Below are positions 38,360-49,823 of a stretch of DNA of 64,000 bases, one piece after another; position 1 is the first letter of the stretch, and every line of letters starts with the position of its first letter. Under the pieces are notes generated by a model. The model had not been told where the DNA came from and searched no databases. It worked only from the letters and a program-made list of their open reading frames with translations. Origin of the DNA: Malassezia furfur (taxonomy: Eukaryota); NCBI GenBank assembly GCA_052055015.1, contig JBQJIT010000018.1, one strand, 5' to 3'. A program made the translations under genes and the position numbers.

Positions 38360-40405
38360 ATGCAGGAGCACGGAGAGGACGAAGTGCGGCCTGTGAAACG
38401 CGCGCGCACTGAGCAAGCGCCTGAGTCGGCGCCGGAGCGGGCGCAAGGATGCATGGTGGAGCAAGATGCGGGGATGACGCAGTATGTACACCCCGACTGG
38501 ACGCCTGTACATGGCATTATCAAGCAACGCTATGCCGATTTCTTGGTGCATGAAATTGCGCCGGACGGACAGGTCGTGCACATCACATCGCTCGCGCCGC
38601 CAGAAGGTGAGAAGCGGAACCCAGAGGCAGTTAAGGAGACCAGCGAAGATTGGAATGCTTTGCAGCCTTGGTTCGGCGACCAGCTTGACGAGCTGAAAAA
38701 AATGGCTGCGGGCCGAAGCGCCGCTGAGGTCACCAGTGCACCGCTGACCGACAAAGCTGAGCGTACGCGTGTTCACCAGCTAATTCGTACATTGGGAGGT
38801 GGTGCGCTGGCGTCGGAGGCCGCCAGCGTGGACGATGCGCCGGTCGTCCGCGTCAAACGCATGCAAGCAGCGCGCGGTGGACGCAGTCAACGCGACCCGA
38901 CCTCGGAGGCGAATCGCTCCCCACCCTACATCCACTTTGTGCTGCAAAAGACCAACCGCGACAGTCAAGAGGCGCTGCAATGGCTTTCGCGCTTCCTTCA
39001 TTTGGACCACCGCCGTGGGAAGGAACAGCTGAGCGTCGCGGGCACCAAAGACAAGCGTGCCGTGACGGTCCAAAAAGTCTCGCTGCAGCGGGGGCGCAAG
39101 ACGCTCGATGAGGTCTGGCGCATGGTGAACCACATTGGCCAGCCTGTTTCCAGCGCACCTGGCACACGCGAGCGGCGTACCGTGGAACTTGCAACGACGA
39201 CGCGCGCTGAACGTGGTTTGCGCATTGCGCAGCTCGCATACGCAGATGCACCACTGCAACTCGGCATGCTCGCCGGAAACCAGTTCACCATCACTCTGCG
39301 TAACGTGCATTGGGATAACGAGGCGGAGCGCCTCAGCGACAAGGACCGCTCGCAACTCTCTGAAGCGCTCGAAAAGCGTGTCACCGAAATCCAAAAGGAC
39401 GGCTTCGTGAACTACTTTGGAATGCAGCGTTTCGGCACGGGTGCGGTCTCGACGCATGTGATCGGCATTGCAATCTTGCGCGGCGACTTCAACGAGGCCC
39501 TGCGTCTGCTGCTATCGCCCGAAGACAGGGAGGACGAGCGCGACGAAAGCACTGCGCCGCCCCACGTCGTGGCCACCAGGGCAGGCCGCAAGGCATATGC
39601 AGAGGGTCGGTACGAGGATGCTCACCGTCTTTTCCCGAAAATCTGTGTGGCTGAGCGTGCCGTGCTGGACAAGATGCGGATGCCGCACTGGCACCCAAGC
39701 GACGCATTGGGCGCCTTTCAGAATATACCCCGCTCGCTTCGCTTGATGTATGTGCATGCCTACCAGTCGTACCTGTGGAACAGCCTGGTCTCGGAGCGTA
39801 TTCGTCGTTTTGGGGCCTTCCGATGCGTCCCAGGCGACCATGTGGCCGAACTCGATGCTGCCCTCGATGCGAGCACGGCGGTCACTGTTGCAGGCGAGGA
39901 TGCAGAGACGAAGCACAGCATCGAGGAAGTGGTCATGCCCATGCCCGGCGGGGATGTGATACTTCCCGCGTCGGGATGGATGGCCGACATGTATTCGGAG
40001 CTGCTCGCCAAAGATGGTCTTACGCCGTCGATGCTGTCGACATCGAGGCAGCCCGAGTACCGACTGAAGGGCTCTTATCGGCGTATTGTGCAAAAGCCGC
40101 GGAATGCACGCTGCGAGCTGATACCCTACGAGGACGCCGACGCGCCGGAGGACGCCGACGCGCCGCTGTGTGAGACTGACGAGGAAAAGCTCTTGCCCAA
40201 TGTGCATCTGTCACCGCGGGCACCGCTGGACGCACCGTTCTTGGCGCTGCAGCTCGTGTTCCAGCTCCCTCCCTCGTCGTATGCGACCATCCTATTACGA
40301 GAGCTGCTACGGATGGACACCAGCGCACACACGCAAAAAGAGCTAACCAAAAACTCGGCGGACCAAAAAGTAGCTAGCACCCACAGCGCTCCTGCGCCGC
40401 CGTAA
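38360..40405 (+). CDS. PUS7: TruD-family pseudouridine synthase
   Basis: GIIKQRYADFLVHEI, AGTKDKRAVTVQ, GNQFTITLR, NYFGMQRFG, YVHAYQSYLWN and SSYAT..LRE. Confidence 0.95.
   Translation: MQEHGEDEVRPVKRARTEQAPESAPERAQGCMVEQDAGMTQYVHPDWTPVHGIIKQRYADFLVHEIAPDGQVVHITSLAPPEGEKRNPEAVKETSEDWNALQPWFGDQLDELKKMAAGRSAAEVTSAPLTDKAERTRVHQLIRTLGGGALASEAASVDDAPVVRVKRMQAARGGRSQRDPTSEANRSPPYIHFVLQKTNRDSQEALQWLSRFLHLDHRRGKEQLSVAGTKDKRAVTVQKVSLQRGRKTLDEVWRMVNHIGQPVSSAPGTRERRTVELATTTRAERGLRIAQLAYADAPLQLGMLAGNQFTITLRNVHWDNEAERLSDKDRSQLSEALEKRVTEIQKDGFVNYFGMQRFGTGAVSTHVIGIAILRGDFNEALRLLLSPEDREDERDESTAPPHVVATRAGRKAYAEGRYEDAHRLFPKICVAERAVLDKMRMPHWHPSDALGAFQNIPRSLRLMYVHAYQSYLWNSLVSERIRRFGAFRCVPGDHVAELDAALDASTAVTVAGEDAETKHSIEEVVMPMPGGDVILPASGWMADMYSELLAKDGLTPSMLSTSRQPEYRLKGSYRRIVQKPRNARCELIPYEDADAPEDADAPLCETDEEKLLPNVHLSPRAPLDAPFLALQLVFQLPPSSYATILLRELLRMDTSAHTQKELTKNSADQKVASTHSAPAPP
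40130..40165 (+). repeat. Perfect 18-nt tandem duplication (GAGGACGCCGACGCGCCG x2, EDADAP x2) in PUS7
   Basis: Direct reading of the sequence. Confidence 0.9.
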
Positions 40406-41066
40406 CGTAGCTCGATGCTTGCGACAACGAGATGGTTCCTGGTGCATTGGGCGCGCCACCGGGTATCCGATCGCCCGGGCGCCGGACGCCAGGCCCCACG
40501 TCTTGCCAGAGGGAGGGCGTGGAGGCAATTCCCTGCACGAGTTCCTCGAAGGCCTTTTGGACATGGATGTTTTCTTTGGCGCTGCATTCCGCAAAGAGAC
40601 AGTCGTGCTCCTGGGCCCACTCCCGACCTTGCTCGGTAGTGACGTTACGCGCGCTCTCCTGGTCCGTCTTGTTACCGATGAGGAGCTTGATGGGCGACTC
40701 CTTCCCCGTAAACATCTCCAGCTCCTTGTACCACGACGGCAAGGCGGCGAAAGAGTCCTCAGATGTCACGTCATACACGAGGATTACGCCCTGTGCGCCG
40801 CGGTAGTAGCTACTCGTGAGAGTCCGATAGCGCTCCTGTCCCGCCGTGTCCCAGATGGACAGCTTGAACCACTTGCCATGCACATAAATGCTCTTCATCT
40901 TGTAGTCAACGCCGATGGTGGCCTGATCATCGTCCAGGAATTCGTCTTCGGTATACCGACGAACAAGCGATGACTTTCCTACGCCAGAGGACTGCGTTAG
41001 CCGGTTACATACGCCAATGAGGAGGATTTTCAGTGTCGGCAGCTCTGCCGAGGTCGCCGGCTCCAT
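40374..41066 (-). CDS. RAB18: Rab GTPase, Rab18-like; in-frame intron 40992-41012
   Basis: LKILLIGSSGVGKSSL after splicing, ATIGVD, WDTAGQERYRTLTSSYYRGAQGVILVYDVT, AFEELV..I..TPSLW and C-terminal CGC. Confidence 0.88.
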   Translation of the reverse strand: MEPATSAELPTLKILLIGVCNRLTQSSGVGKSSLVRRYTEDEFLDDDQATIGVDYKMKSIYVHGKWFKLSIWDTAGQERYRTLTSSYYRGAQGVILVYDVTSEDSFAALPSWYKELEMFTGKESPIKLLIGNKTDQESARNVTTEQGREWAQEHDCLFAECSAKENIHVQKAFEELVQGIASTPSLWQDVGPGVRRPGDRIPGGAPNAPGTISLSQASSYVTAAQERCGC

Positions 41067-41128
41067 GGTGTCAGCGGGCTCGTGCGAGTGTGGAATTAAG
41101 CGATCGTCCGCTCGACGTCGCTTCCACC

Positions 41129-41768
41129 ATGGCGCCGGAAGTGAAGCACGTGGAACTCAGCGAGCGCGCGTACCGCAAGCTCGTGCTGCACGGTGCCAAG
41201 TACCCCTCGGAGACGGTCGTGGGCGTACTTGTAGGGAAGAACGGTAGCACGGTCGACGTGAACGATGTCATTCCGCTGACACACCACTGGACGCAGCTGA
41301 GTCCGATGACCGAGGCGGGGCTGGCAATGGTACGTGTACAAGGCTCACGACCAGATCGACGCGCATTTGAAAGGAAACGAGTACAAGATGGTCGGCGTGT
41401 ACGAGGTGCCCGAGTCGCTTGACGTGACGGAGCCTGAAAATACGACCAAGCTCCTTGCGCGGAAACTGGCCGCGAAGTCGTCGCAGCCCAGCGTCGTACT
41501 TCTGGTGCGTCGCATGCAACTAACGCAGGCGGACGGGAAAGAGTTGCTCGCACCCAAGCTCAAGGCGCTCACAGCGTTTGTGGAATCTGCCGACGGAAAA
41601 GGGCCCAAGACGCCCAGCAAACCTACATCCAGTGTGCAAGGGTACAACAAGTTGGTGCCCGCTCTGGACGAAGAGGTGAACGATGGCCGCTGGAAGGCGC
41701 TTTCCGACTGGGACGATCATCTTGAAGATACGCGTCGTGACTGGCTCACCAACGCCGACGTAGTGTAG
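41129..41768 (+). CDS. ER membrane complex subunit 8/9 (UPF0172); introns 41330-41354, 41505-41528
   Basis: [33 protein letters not shown] and L.DWDDHLED...DWLTN. Confidence 0.88.
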
Positions 41769-41793
41769 AGTAGCATCTTCCACCTCCACCAGC

Positions 41794-43408
41794 ATGTTGC
41801 GAACCGTTGCGCGGTGCATGGCCACGTCGCGCACGGCGCATGCGCCGCCGCTGCGCCTCGCTGTCGTGGGATCGGGACCAAGTGGCTTCTATGCTGCATC
41901 GCGTGTACTGCAGTCGTTCGATCAGGCCAAGGGAACCGGCGACGATGGCGTGGAAGTGCACATGTTTGAGCGGCTTCCGACACCGTTTGGGCTCGTGCGC
42001 TACGGCGTTGCGCCGGACCACCCCGAGGTGAAGGTATGTGTACGTGCTCACGCAGAACGTCGAAAACAAGTTCACCGAGGTGGCCAGCGACCCGCGTTTC
42101 CGCTTCTTTGGCAACGTGTGTGTGACAGCGAGCAGCGATGAGCCGCCGCCGCCCGGCTCGCTGTCCGTGGACATCACGATTCCTCAGCTCGCACCGTACT
42201 ATACGCACATCCTGTTTGCCTATGGTGCGAGTGAGTCGCGCCCGCTCGGCATCCCTGGCAGTGGCCCCAAGGAGCTCCGGAACGTGTTTTCCGCACTGAA
42301 GTTTGTGGAATGGTACAATGGTCATCCGGACACGCACAACCCCGCGAAAGACGACGCATTCAGCCTGAACCGTGTTGACGGCAGCAAGATACGGCGTGCC
42401 GCGATTGTCGGTGCTGGTAACGTGGCCCTGGACGTCGCGCGCGTGCTGCTCCGCCAAAGTGCCTCGGCGCCGCACGACGAGTCCTTGGCGAAGACCGATG
42501 TGCCGGTCCCTGTATTGGACGCGCTGCGTACGTGGAAGGTGGAAGAGGTGAATCTGTATGTGCGCCGCGGTGCCGCGCACCTCGCCTTCACGAACAAGGA
42601 GCTCCGCGAGATGCTCAACCTGCCGCATGTGGTCTTCCGCCCCGTACCGTCGGACCAGCTGGACCCGGCGATCCAGCAGGTGAGCACGCTCACCGAGGCC
42701 GGGCAGAAGCGCGCAATGACGCGTCTGCTGGGCCAGCTCAAGAAGGGGAGCAAGTTGTCGTACGTTCAGAACGAGGCGCACATCCCACGCTGGGGTCTGC
42801 ACCTGCTCCGCTCGCCGGCGGCGCTGCATGGCACAGACGAGGCGGTGCCTGCACTGCGCGCTGTGGACTGGAACGTGACCGAGATCGGCGCGCACAACCG
42901 CGCGGTGCACAAGGGCGAGCAGGTATCGAGCGACGAGGACCTGTTGATTTCTTCGGTGGGGTACCGCTCGGTGCCGCTGCGGGGTGAAGAGGACACAGCG
43001 ATGCAGGTGCCGTTTGACGAGACGCGCTACGTGATCCCTAACGTCCGCAATCGCGTTGTGAACGACGAGGGCGAGGTGCTTCCGGGCATGTTTGTCTCCG
43101 GCTGGCTCGCCACGGGCCCGATCGGTGTGATTGTCTCGACCATGTTTGACGCGTTCGGCGTCGCCGACGAACTCGTCAAGGAATGGCGCACGGGCATCGA
43201 GGGTGCCGAGCCGCCACCCACGCTGTGCTCCCAGGTGGGTGCTCGCGAGGCGCTGCGCGAGGCACCCGAGGCGCTGCGCGGCCAGCGCACCGTGTCGTAC
43301 GACCAGTGGCTCGCCATCGACCGTGCCGAACGCGAGCGTGGCCAAGCACTCGGCAAGTCGCGCGAAAAGTTTTTGACCGTGGCGGAGATGCTCCGTGTGA
43401 TCGAATAG
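41794..43408 (+). CDS. ARH1: Mitochondrial NADPH:adrenodoxin oxidoreductase; intron 42034-42055
   Basis: [48 protein letters not shown] and GK.REK. Confidence 0.95.
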
Positions 43409-43420
43409 GGGTATATAGGT

Positions 43421-44166
43421 CTACTGGCGAAACAGCACTTGCACCGTGTACAGCTTGCTCTCGGGGTCCCAAAAACTCCATGTCCCAGGCTCGTGGCGCT
43501 GTTGGGGCACCGGCACGCCCTCGACGACGAGCGATTCGGACTGGTCGACCTCGCGGCTCTGGATTTTGAAGGCAATTGTCTCGTACGGCTCGGCGGCGAT
43601 GACCACGTACTGGAATGCGCGGTTCGGCGGCTCTTGCCGCTGCTCGAAGCTGCTCATCAGGCGGTAAAGCGGCACGACGCCCTCCTTGATCTCGGGGAAG
43701 CTCACCTGGAACAAGAGGCCCAGGCGGCCACCGACCGTATGCGGCCCTGCCTCGGTACTGAGCTCCGCGTAGGGCTCACGTACCTTGGTGATCTTGTACC
43801 CCGGTCGCCCAATCTTGACAAACGACTTTTTGGGCACCTCGGTCTTGGGTGCCATGACCGCAGCAGGCGCGTCGTCCTGCGCCTCCTTCGCGGCGCGGCG
43901 CGCAAGGTTCATCTGGTGTTTTTTCCCCTGGATATGGGACAGGTACGACCCATCGTTGGCGTGCACAGTGAGGCAAAGGCGGCACTCGATGTTCCCCGAC
44001 GAATTGCGCAGCGCATAGGGATCCTTGGACAGGTCGAGCGTCTCGAGCGCGAGCTTGCGCAGCCGCTCGCGGCGGTTGAGCGCCTCCTGGCTCGCATCCG
44101 CGACACCGGCACCCTTGTTGCCCGCGCGGTTCTGATAGTCTGGGTGAGTGAGCGCGACGTACCCAT
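43421..44166 (-). CDS. PRP11: U2 snRNP splicing factor SF3a subunit 2; intron 44140-44162
   Basis: MDYQNRAG.K, RRERLRKLALET.DL.KDPY, zinc finger ECRLCLTVH..GSYL.H..GKKH, KIGRPGYK and AEPYETIAFK. Confidence 0.94.
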
Positions 44167-44425
44167 CGTGGTCAGAGCCAAGGAGCGGTTATCACGTGAT
44201 AGCATGCCGTGACGGCGACGACGCGCACGCTGGTGGGCGACATGGATGGGATCCAGCGCGATGTGGCATGGCCCGGCACGCTCTCCGAGCACTCAGGGAC
44301 GCCACCAAGCGCGCCGCAGCGCGAGGACGCGCGTTGGCAGCGGGTGGGGTATGGTTCTTCTCTCGGCCGAGGAAATCGGGCGTTGCGGTGCGCGCGGGGA
44401 TTGTTTGGATTCAGCCAGTTTCACC

Positions 44426-45671
44426 ATGTCGGCGGACGGGATGACGACGATGACGACGACGACAACGGAACCTATCGGTGCGTGCATTTATGTGGCTGAC
44501 CGCAGGCATCTCGAATCTCCCGAACCAGGTATGCCGCGCGCGTTTGCTAACAGCAGCGTCATAAGATTGCTTCGCGCTCGGGTGCGAACTTCACGTTGAT
44601 GGTGGTGGGCGAGAGCGGCACCGGCAAGACGACCCGTACGTGCACAGCACTTACCCAGTGATCAACACGCTCTTCCGCACCGAGCTCGCTCCCCCGAAGG
44701 ACGAGCTGCAGCGCCACACGAAGCAGCTGTCGCGGTCCGTTGAGATTGACGTGATCAAGGCCGAGCTCGAGGAGAAGCAGTTCCGCGTGAACCTGACGGT
44801 GATCGACACGCCCGGCTTTGGCGACTACGTGAACAACCGCGACTGCTGGACGCCGCTGGTCGACTTCTTGGACGACCAGTACGAGACGTACATGCGCCAG
44901 GAACAGCAGCCGTTGCGCAAGCAGAGGATCGACATGCGTGTGCATGCGTGCCTCTACTTTATCACGCCCACGGGCCACACGCTCAAGCCGCTCGATATCG
45001 AGGTGATGAAGCGCCTCTCGACGCGCGTCAACCTGATCCCGGTCATTGCCAAGGCCGACACGATGCTCCCGCGCGACCTGCACCTCTTCAAGGAGCGTGT
45101 GCGCGAAGTGATCCGCGTGCACAACATCCAGGTGTTTGCCCCGCCGCTCGACGCGATTGACGAGGCGAGTGCGGAGCACGCGCGCGCACTCATGTCGAGC
45201 ATGCCGTTCAGCGTCATTGGCAGCACCGAGGACGTCCGCACGCCGGACGGGCGCGTCGTCCGTGGGCGCGAGTATCCGTGGGGTGTGTCGGAGGTCGAGA
45301 ATGAGAACCACTGTGACTTCAAGAAGCTGCGCTCGCTGCTCATCCGCACGCACATGCTCGACCTGATCACCACCACCGAGGAGCTGCACTACGAAAACTA
45401 CCGCCAGACCCAGATGGAGACGCGTAAGTTTGGCGAGGGCAAGGTGAAGAAATTCGACAACCCGCGGTTCAAGGAGGAGGAGGACGCGCTCCGGCGCAAG
45501 TTCACCGACCAGGTCAAGCTCGAAGAGGGCCGCTTCCGCCAGTGGGAGCAGCACCTCATCGCCGAGCGCGACCGCCTCAACAAGGACCTCGAGACCGCAC
45601 ACAGCTCCATCAAGCAGCTCGAGGCCGAGATCGAGTCGATGCAGTCCTCGGCACGTGGACCAAGGAGGTAG
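44426..45671 (+). CDS. CDC12: Septin, Cdc12 group; introns 44478-44505, 44529-44556, 44636-44658
   Basis: PIGISNLPNQRHKI, GESGTGKTT, DTPGFGD, AKAD, GREYPWG and C-terminal FRQWEQHLIAERDRLNKDLE coiled coil. Confidence 0.92.
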
Positions 45672-45685
45672 AGTCCGTACAACGT

Positions 45686-46856
45686 TCATATGGTACCCGT
45701 GTCCCACTCGGACGGATCGACGTCCTCGAGCTCCTGTGCAAGCTGCGACTGGCGCAGGAGCAAGTCGTCTTCGAGCTCCAGCTCCAGTGCCATGCTCGCT
45801 GCCTCGGCGTCCTCGGCCTCGGCGCTCGACGGGTGTGCGGGTTCGGCCGCCGCCCGCTCCGACGCCGCCGGCTCGGGCGCACGCTCCGCCTTGACGCGCG
45901 GCCGCGGCTGGGGGCGAGCGCTTGCGGAAGGCGACGGCGCCGACGTGCCCGCGTCAAGTACGCGCGCCGGCTCGGCCGTGGGGCGCGCAGGCCGCTCGGG
46001 CGCTGTGTGTCGCCCGGCCAGCTTGGCGCGCGCAGCGGCGGCAAGACGAAGCCGCGCCTGCTTCGCCTCGGTTGCCTCGCGGTCGCGGTCTATGTCGTCG
46101 CTGGCGCGCTTGCGCACGTCTGCACGTGCGGGCGTGGGCGCGCCATGCCGGTGCAGGTCGGACGGGTCAAACGGCGTCTGGGTCAGAGCGCGACGTACCG
46201 AAGGGACGGGCATACAGAGCACTTCGCGCGCATATTGCCGGTCGTACAAGCAGTTTCTGCGTGAGTCACGCATACATACCCAAGCAGACGCCCAAACGTC
46301 TTGAGTCCGCGCTTAATTGAGTCGGTGATGGCCTCCTTCTTGCACTGCATCGTAAGTGGGGGCGGGCCGACGTACCTTTTCGAGCGCCGCGTGCTTGCCC
46401 CGAGCGCCCTCGGTGTGGCCATAGCCAACGTCCTCGTGGTACGTGCCGTCGCGAAGCGTGATGCGCACGATTGCGCTTACGCCGCAGTTGCACCGTCCGG
46501 ACTCGGGGTGCACGTCGAGCTGCGTTAGAACGCGCACGTACGTAATCGATGTCGAGACTCGTCACGCTTGTCGACCACCCGTTGAAGCCAAACACCTCAT
46601 TTGCCAGATCCACGACCTTCCACCCCTCGATGTACGTCAGTTTCGGCCCGCCGCCCGGCCCGGGACGTTGCGAGAGGTATTCGGGGCCGAGCCGCTGGTT
46701 CAGCTTACACTGCAGCGTCGCGAGCCGTGTCGCGCTCCACACCGGCAGGCCCGTGTCCGGATCAATGTCACTGGCGAGCGCTGAGCCGCCGACCCCCACC
46801 GGGAACGCGTCGTGCGCCGCACTGGGCGCAAAGGGTTCACGCGTCGTGCCGTCCAT
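45686..46856 (-). CDS. RAD52: DNA repair/annealing protein Rad52; introns 46520-46541, 46345-46375, 46257-46279
   Basis: LGPEYLSQRPGPGG, YIEGWK..LANEVFGFNGWS, DGTYHEDVGYG, KKEAITD..KR and GNCLYD. Confidence 0.94.
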
Positions 46857-46898
46857 CGCGTGCACTACGCCGACGCGTCGTGTTGGATGGATCACGTG

Positions 46899-47697
46899 CT
46901 ACCAAAGTTTAATGTACACGATGAACAGGAACAGCAGCGCGATTGCACCGAGGCTGCGTGAGGGCGAAAGGAAACGTACGGTGCATACTTGCGGATCATG
47001 GCGTCCACGTTGATCTTGCGTGCGGCACGGCGGTACTTAAGCGACTCGTCGCGCAGCGACGACGAGAGCGAAGACATATCTGGGTGAGCACGGCCTGCGC
47101 GGGGCATACGTACGGTCGAGACTATCGCCGCGCCATAGCAAATCTTCCATGTTTTTGGTCATAATCTTTTGCACATCCTGCAGATCCTCGTTGAGCCGGT
47201 CGAGGTTCGAGTGTGTGACGCTCTCGGCCGTGCGCGAATCCGCGTAGAGGCGCTTGGTGCGCTGCATAAAGGTGTCTGGCGTGAGTGTCGTGCCACCTAC
47301 CGAACCCGACAAATGCATACGGCCGCAGGTTGCGCTGTTGCACCTGGTGCCCGTAGGAGAGCGCAAATTCCTTCGCGAGCTCGTCGAGGTAGCTGAACGC
47401 AAGCTTGCGTGGGTACGATTTGTCGGTGATCGTCAGGTATACGACCGACCTTGGGTCGCCCGGCGGTGGCTGAACAAGGTAGCTGTGTGAGTGTGCGTGG
47501 GTGCGCGCGACGTACTGCAGCGCCATCGGCCCGCTCTCGATCGTGCACCGCGTCTCGGACATAGGCGTAAGCTTCCGGAAAATTGTCTTGGCCTGCTGCT
47601 TATACTTGGTCAGGTCAATGCCCGTCTGATCATCGTCGACGCTCTGCGCGAGCGGGAGCGCGTCCGAGACGCGCACGACCTGCGTGGAGCGCACCAT
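46899..47697 (-). CDS. SEC22: ER-Golgi R-SNARE; introns 47483-47515, 47276-47300, 47080-47113, 46954-46979
   Basis: Longin domain (LPLAQSVDD, YPRKLAFSYL, RPYAF), SNARE motif IMTKNMEDLLWRGDSLD and C-terminal TM helix. Confidence 0.94.
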
Positions 47698-47726
47698 GAC
47701 GATCCGGAGGCAGGCGCGTGGAGGGT

Positions 47727-47732
47727 CACGTG
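47727..47732. promoter_or_regulatory. CACGTG E-box in the middle of the 66-nt SEC22/WHI2 divergent promoter (representative of 15 such sites)
   Basis: GTCACGTG between the two ATGs; same hexamer recurs just upstream of many genes in the window. Confidence 0.6.
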
Positions 47733-47763
47733 GCGCAAGGCGCGGCGGCTCGCCGTGACCACC

Positions 47764-49024
47764 ATGGACGCCAGTGCACCGCAGGAGGCCGATGGCCCGC
47801 CGCCGTTCGCCCGGCTGATTCTGGACTTGCGTGGCGTGTACTTTGTGATTGAGCGCGAAACGCTGATGAGCTTGCCCGAGTCCATCCTGCTTTGTCTCTT
47901 TCCCAACGGCCTCGTCCTTCCCGAGGGCGGGGCGGACGAGACGGGCGACACGACGATGCAAGACGAGCACGTATACCACGTCGACGTACGTGCCACGCTG
48001 ACGCCAGTTTGATGCGAATTGCTTGCAATACGTCCTCTCCTTCTTCCGGCGCGCCCAGGAGTACTTCTACGGCACCGACAAGGCACCCGGTGTCTACCGC
48101 GGCATGGGCCGCGGTGCCAACATCCTTGACTTTGCCGATCCCATGCAGGGTACGGCTGGGTTTGGCAACCACTTTTATCTCCCGCTCTTCCACAAGCAGG
48201 CGATCATCGTGCTGCGCGAGGAGCTCGAATATTTCACGATCGCGCCAAAAGGCATGGCGCGCCCGGCCGTCGCGCGCCCGCCGGTGGGCAACCGCCCACC
48301 ACAGGCCTCGGAGGAGTTTGCGCATCTTAAGGATGCATGCGGCGACGTGCTGCTGCAGCGCCGCCAGATCTTTACGGCGCTTCAGCGCAACATCAACAAG
48401 GAGAACAACGTCGCCGAGCAGCACCTCATTGACATGCTGTGCATGAGCGGCTTCGAGCAGGACGACCTGTGGGGCTACCGCGCGCGCGAGGCGAACCGGT
48501 GCAGTATCACCAGTACTGCCATGGTGCTCCTCAAGACGGGCGTCACGCACCGCGGCGAGCTCCCCGAGGGCCGCGCCCCGCATCAGCCGGCGCCGCGCAA
48601 GCCGATCGGCGTGGAGCGTGCGGGGGTGGACCCAGACGCAGGGCTTGAGCCGCTGGACACGCACGTCTCCGAAGAGCAGCTCGGCGAGTGGGTCGACGAT
48701 GCACAGGGTGGCTCGCTGCGCGTAAACCAGCACCAGCTGAACACCACGCAAAAGCTGCTCCTCTTTTGGCGCAAACCTGCGGTACGTGCACACACTGACC
48801 ACAGCGGAAATGCTGGTGGGACGGCATTGATCTGGTGGTGCCGAGCGACGGCATCGCGACCAAGCCGCAGCCCGCGCCGTCCTTGGCGACGCTCGGCACC
48901 CTCTCGCCGCAGGAGCGCACGTGGCTCGAGCAGGGCAAAGGCCTGCTCGTCCGCGTGTGGGTCCGCCGGATCTGGACGCTCGAAGTGAGCTTGGTACGTG
49001 GGCGTGGGCTGACCACAGATTTGA
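47764..49024 (+). CDS. WHI2: Whi2-like BTB/T1-domain protein; introns 47986-48007, 48782-48804, 48994-49018
   Basis: LMSLPESILLCLFPNG, IIVLREELEYF, EQHLIDMLCMSGF, KLLLFWRKPARKCWWD and RRIWTLEVSLI. Confidence 0.9.
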
Positions 49025-49176
49025 GCGCATCGCGTGCAGCGCAAGAGATACCAATTGTAGCTATAGTATCGTCGGCAGGTCCTCGGAACGCAGCGCCCGG
49101 CGGCCACCCGCGGTTCGGGGCACGGGCGGGCCTACAGTGGGTGGATGGATCGTACGTCGTGGGTCTACCATTCACG

Positions 49177-49780
49177 CTATGCCTTCATGTGCGAACGCAG
49201 GATCTCTTCGGCCATCTCGCGCACCGCCTGCTCGCTGCGCTGGTCGACGAGCGTCTCGGTGTCGAGCTTCTTGCCGATGCCGAGGGGATAGCGGCTGGGT
49301 GAGCGGGAGCGCGACATACCGGAAGAGCGACACCTTGGACGCGACGCCGGGCATCTCATGCATGCGCAGAAACTGCAGCCAGCGATCGACGGTCGCGTCG
49401 CTCGCATCGTACACCTTGATGCTCCGGCGGTGCGTGCGGCGCCAGAAATTTTCCTGGGATTTTTTATGAACAAACGGCCCGCGTGGCACGGTCCAGAGCG
49501 AGGTGCGCGTCGGGAGCGACGCAATCCCGCCCGTGGGGATCTCGAGCGCCTGTGCACACCGCAACGCAAAGTCTGCGAAGAAGTCCAGGTCGAACGTCTT
49601 CTGGTTGTACGACTTGAGCTGCAGCGTCGCGACGTGCACACCGTGCGTCGGCTTCACCGGCGCGACCGGCGGAATGAGTTCTGTGGCCACCGCCGGCTCG
49701 CTCGACTCGGAGCTGTACGCCCGCGTGAGCCGCCGCAACGCGCGTGGCACGCTCGCCGCTCGCTGCGCTGCCCAGAACAT
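49177..49780 (-). CDS. RSM10: Mitochondrial ribosomal protein uS10m; intron 49295-49319
   Basis: LDFFADF, LPTRTSLWTVPRGPFVHKKSQENFWRRTHRR. Confidence 0.92.
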
Positions 49781-49823
49781 GGCGAGAAGACAGGCGTCGC
49801 GAATAAGATTAGTCAGCGGGTAT

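Noticed and set aside
44441..44467. (ACG/ATG)n microsatellite
   Set aside because: Short imperfect coding repeat (MTTMTTTTT) in the variable septin N-terminus.
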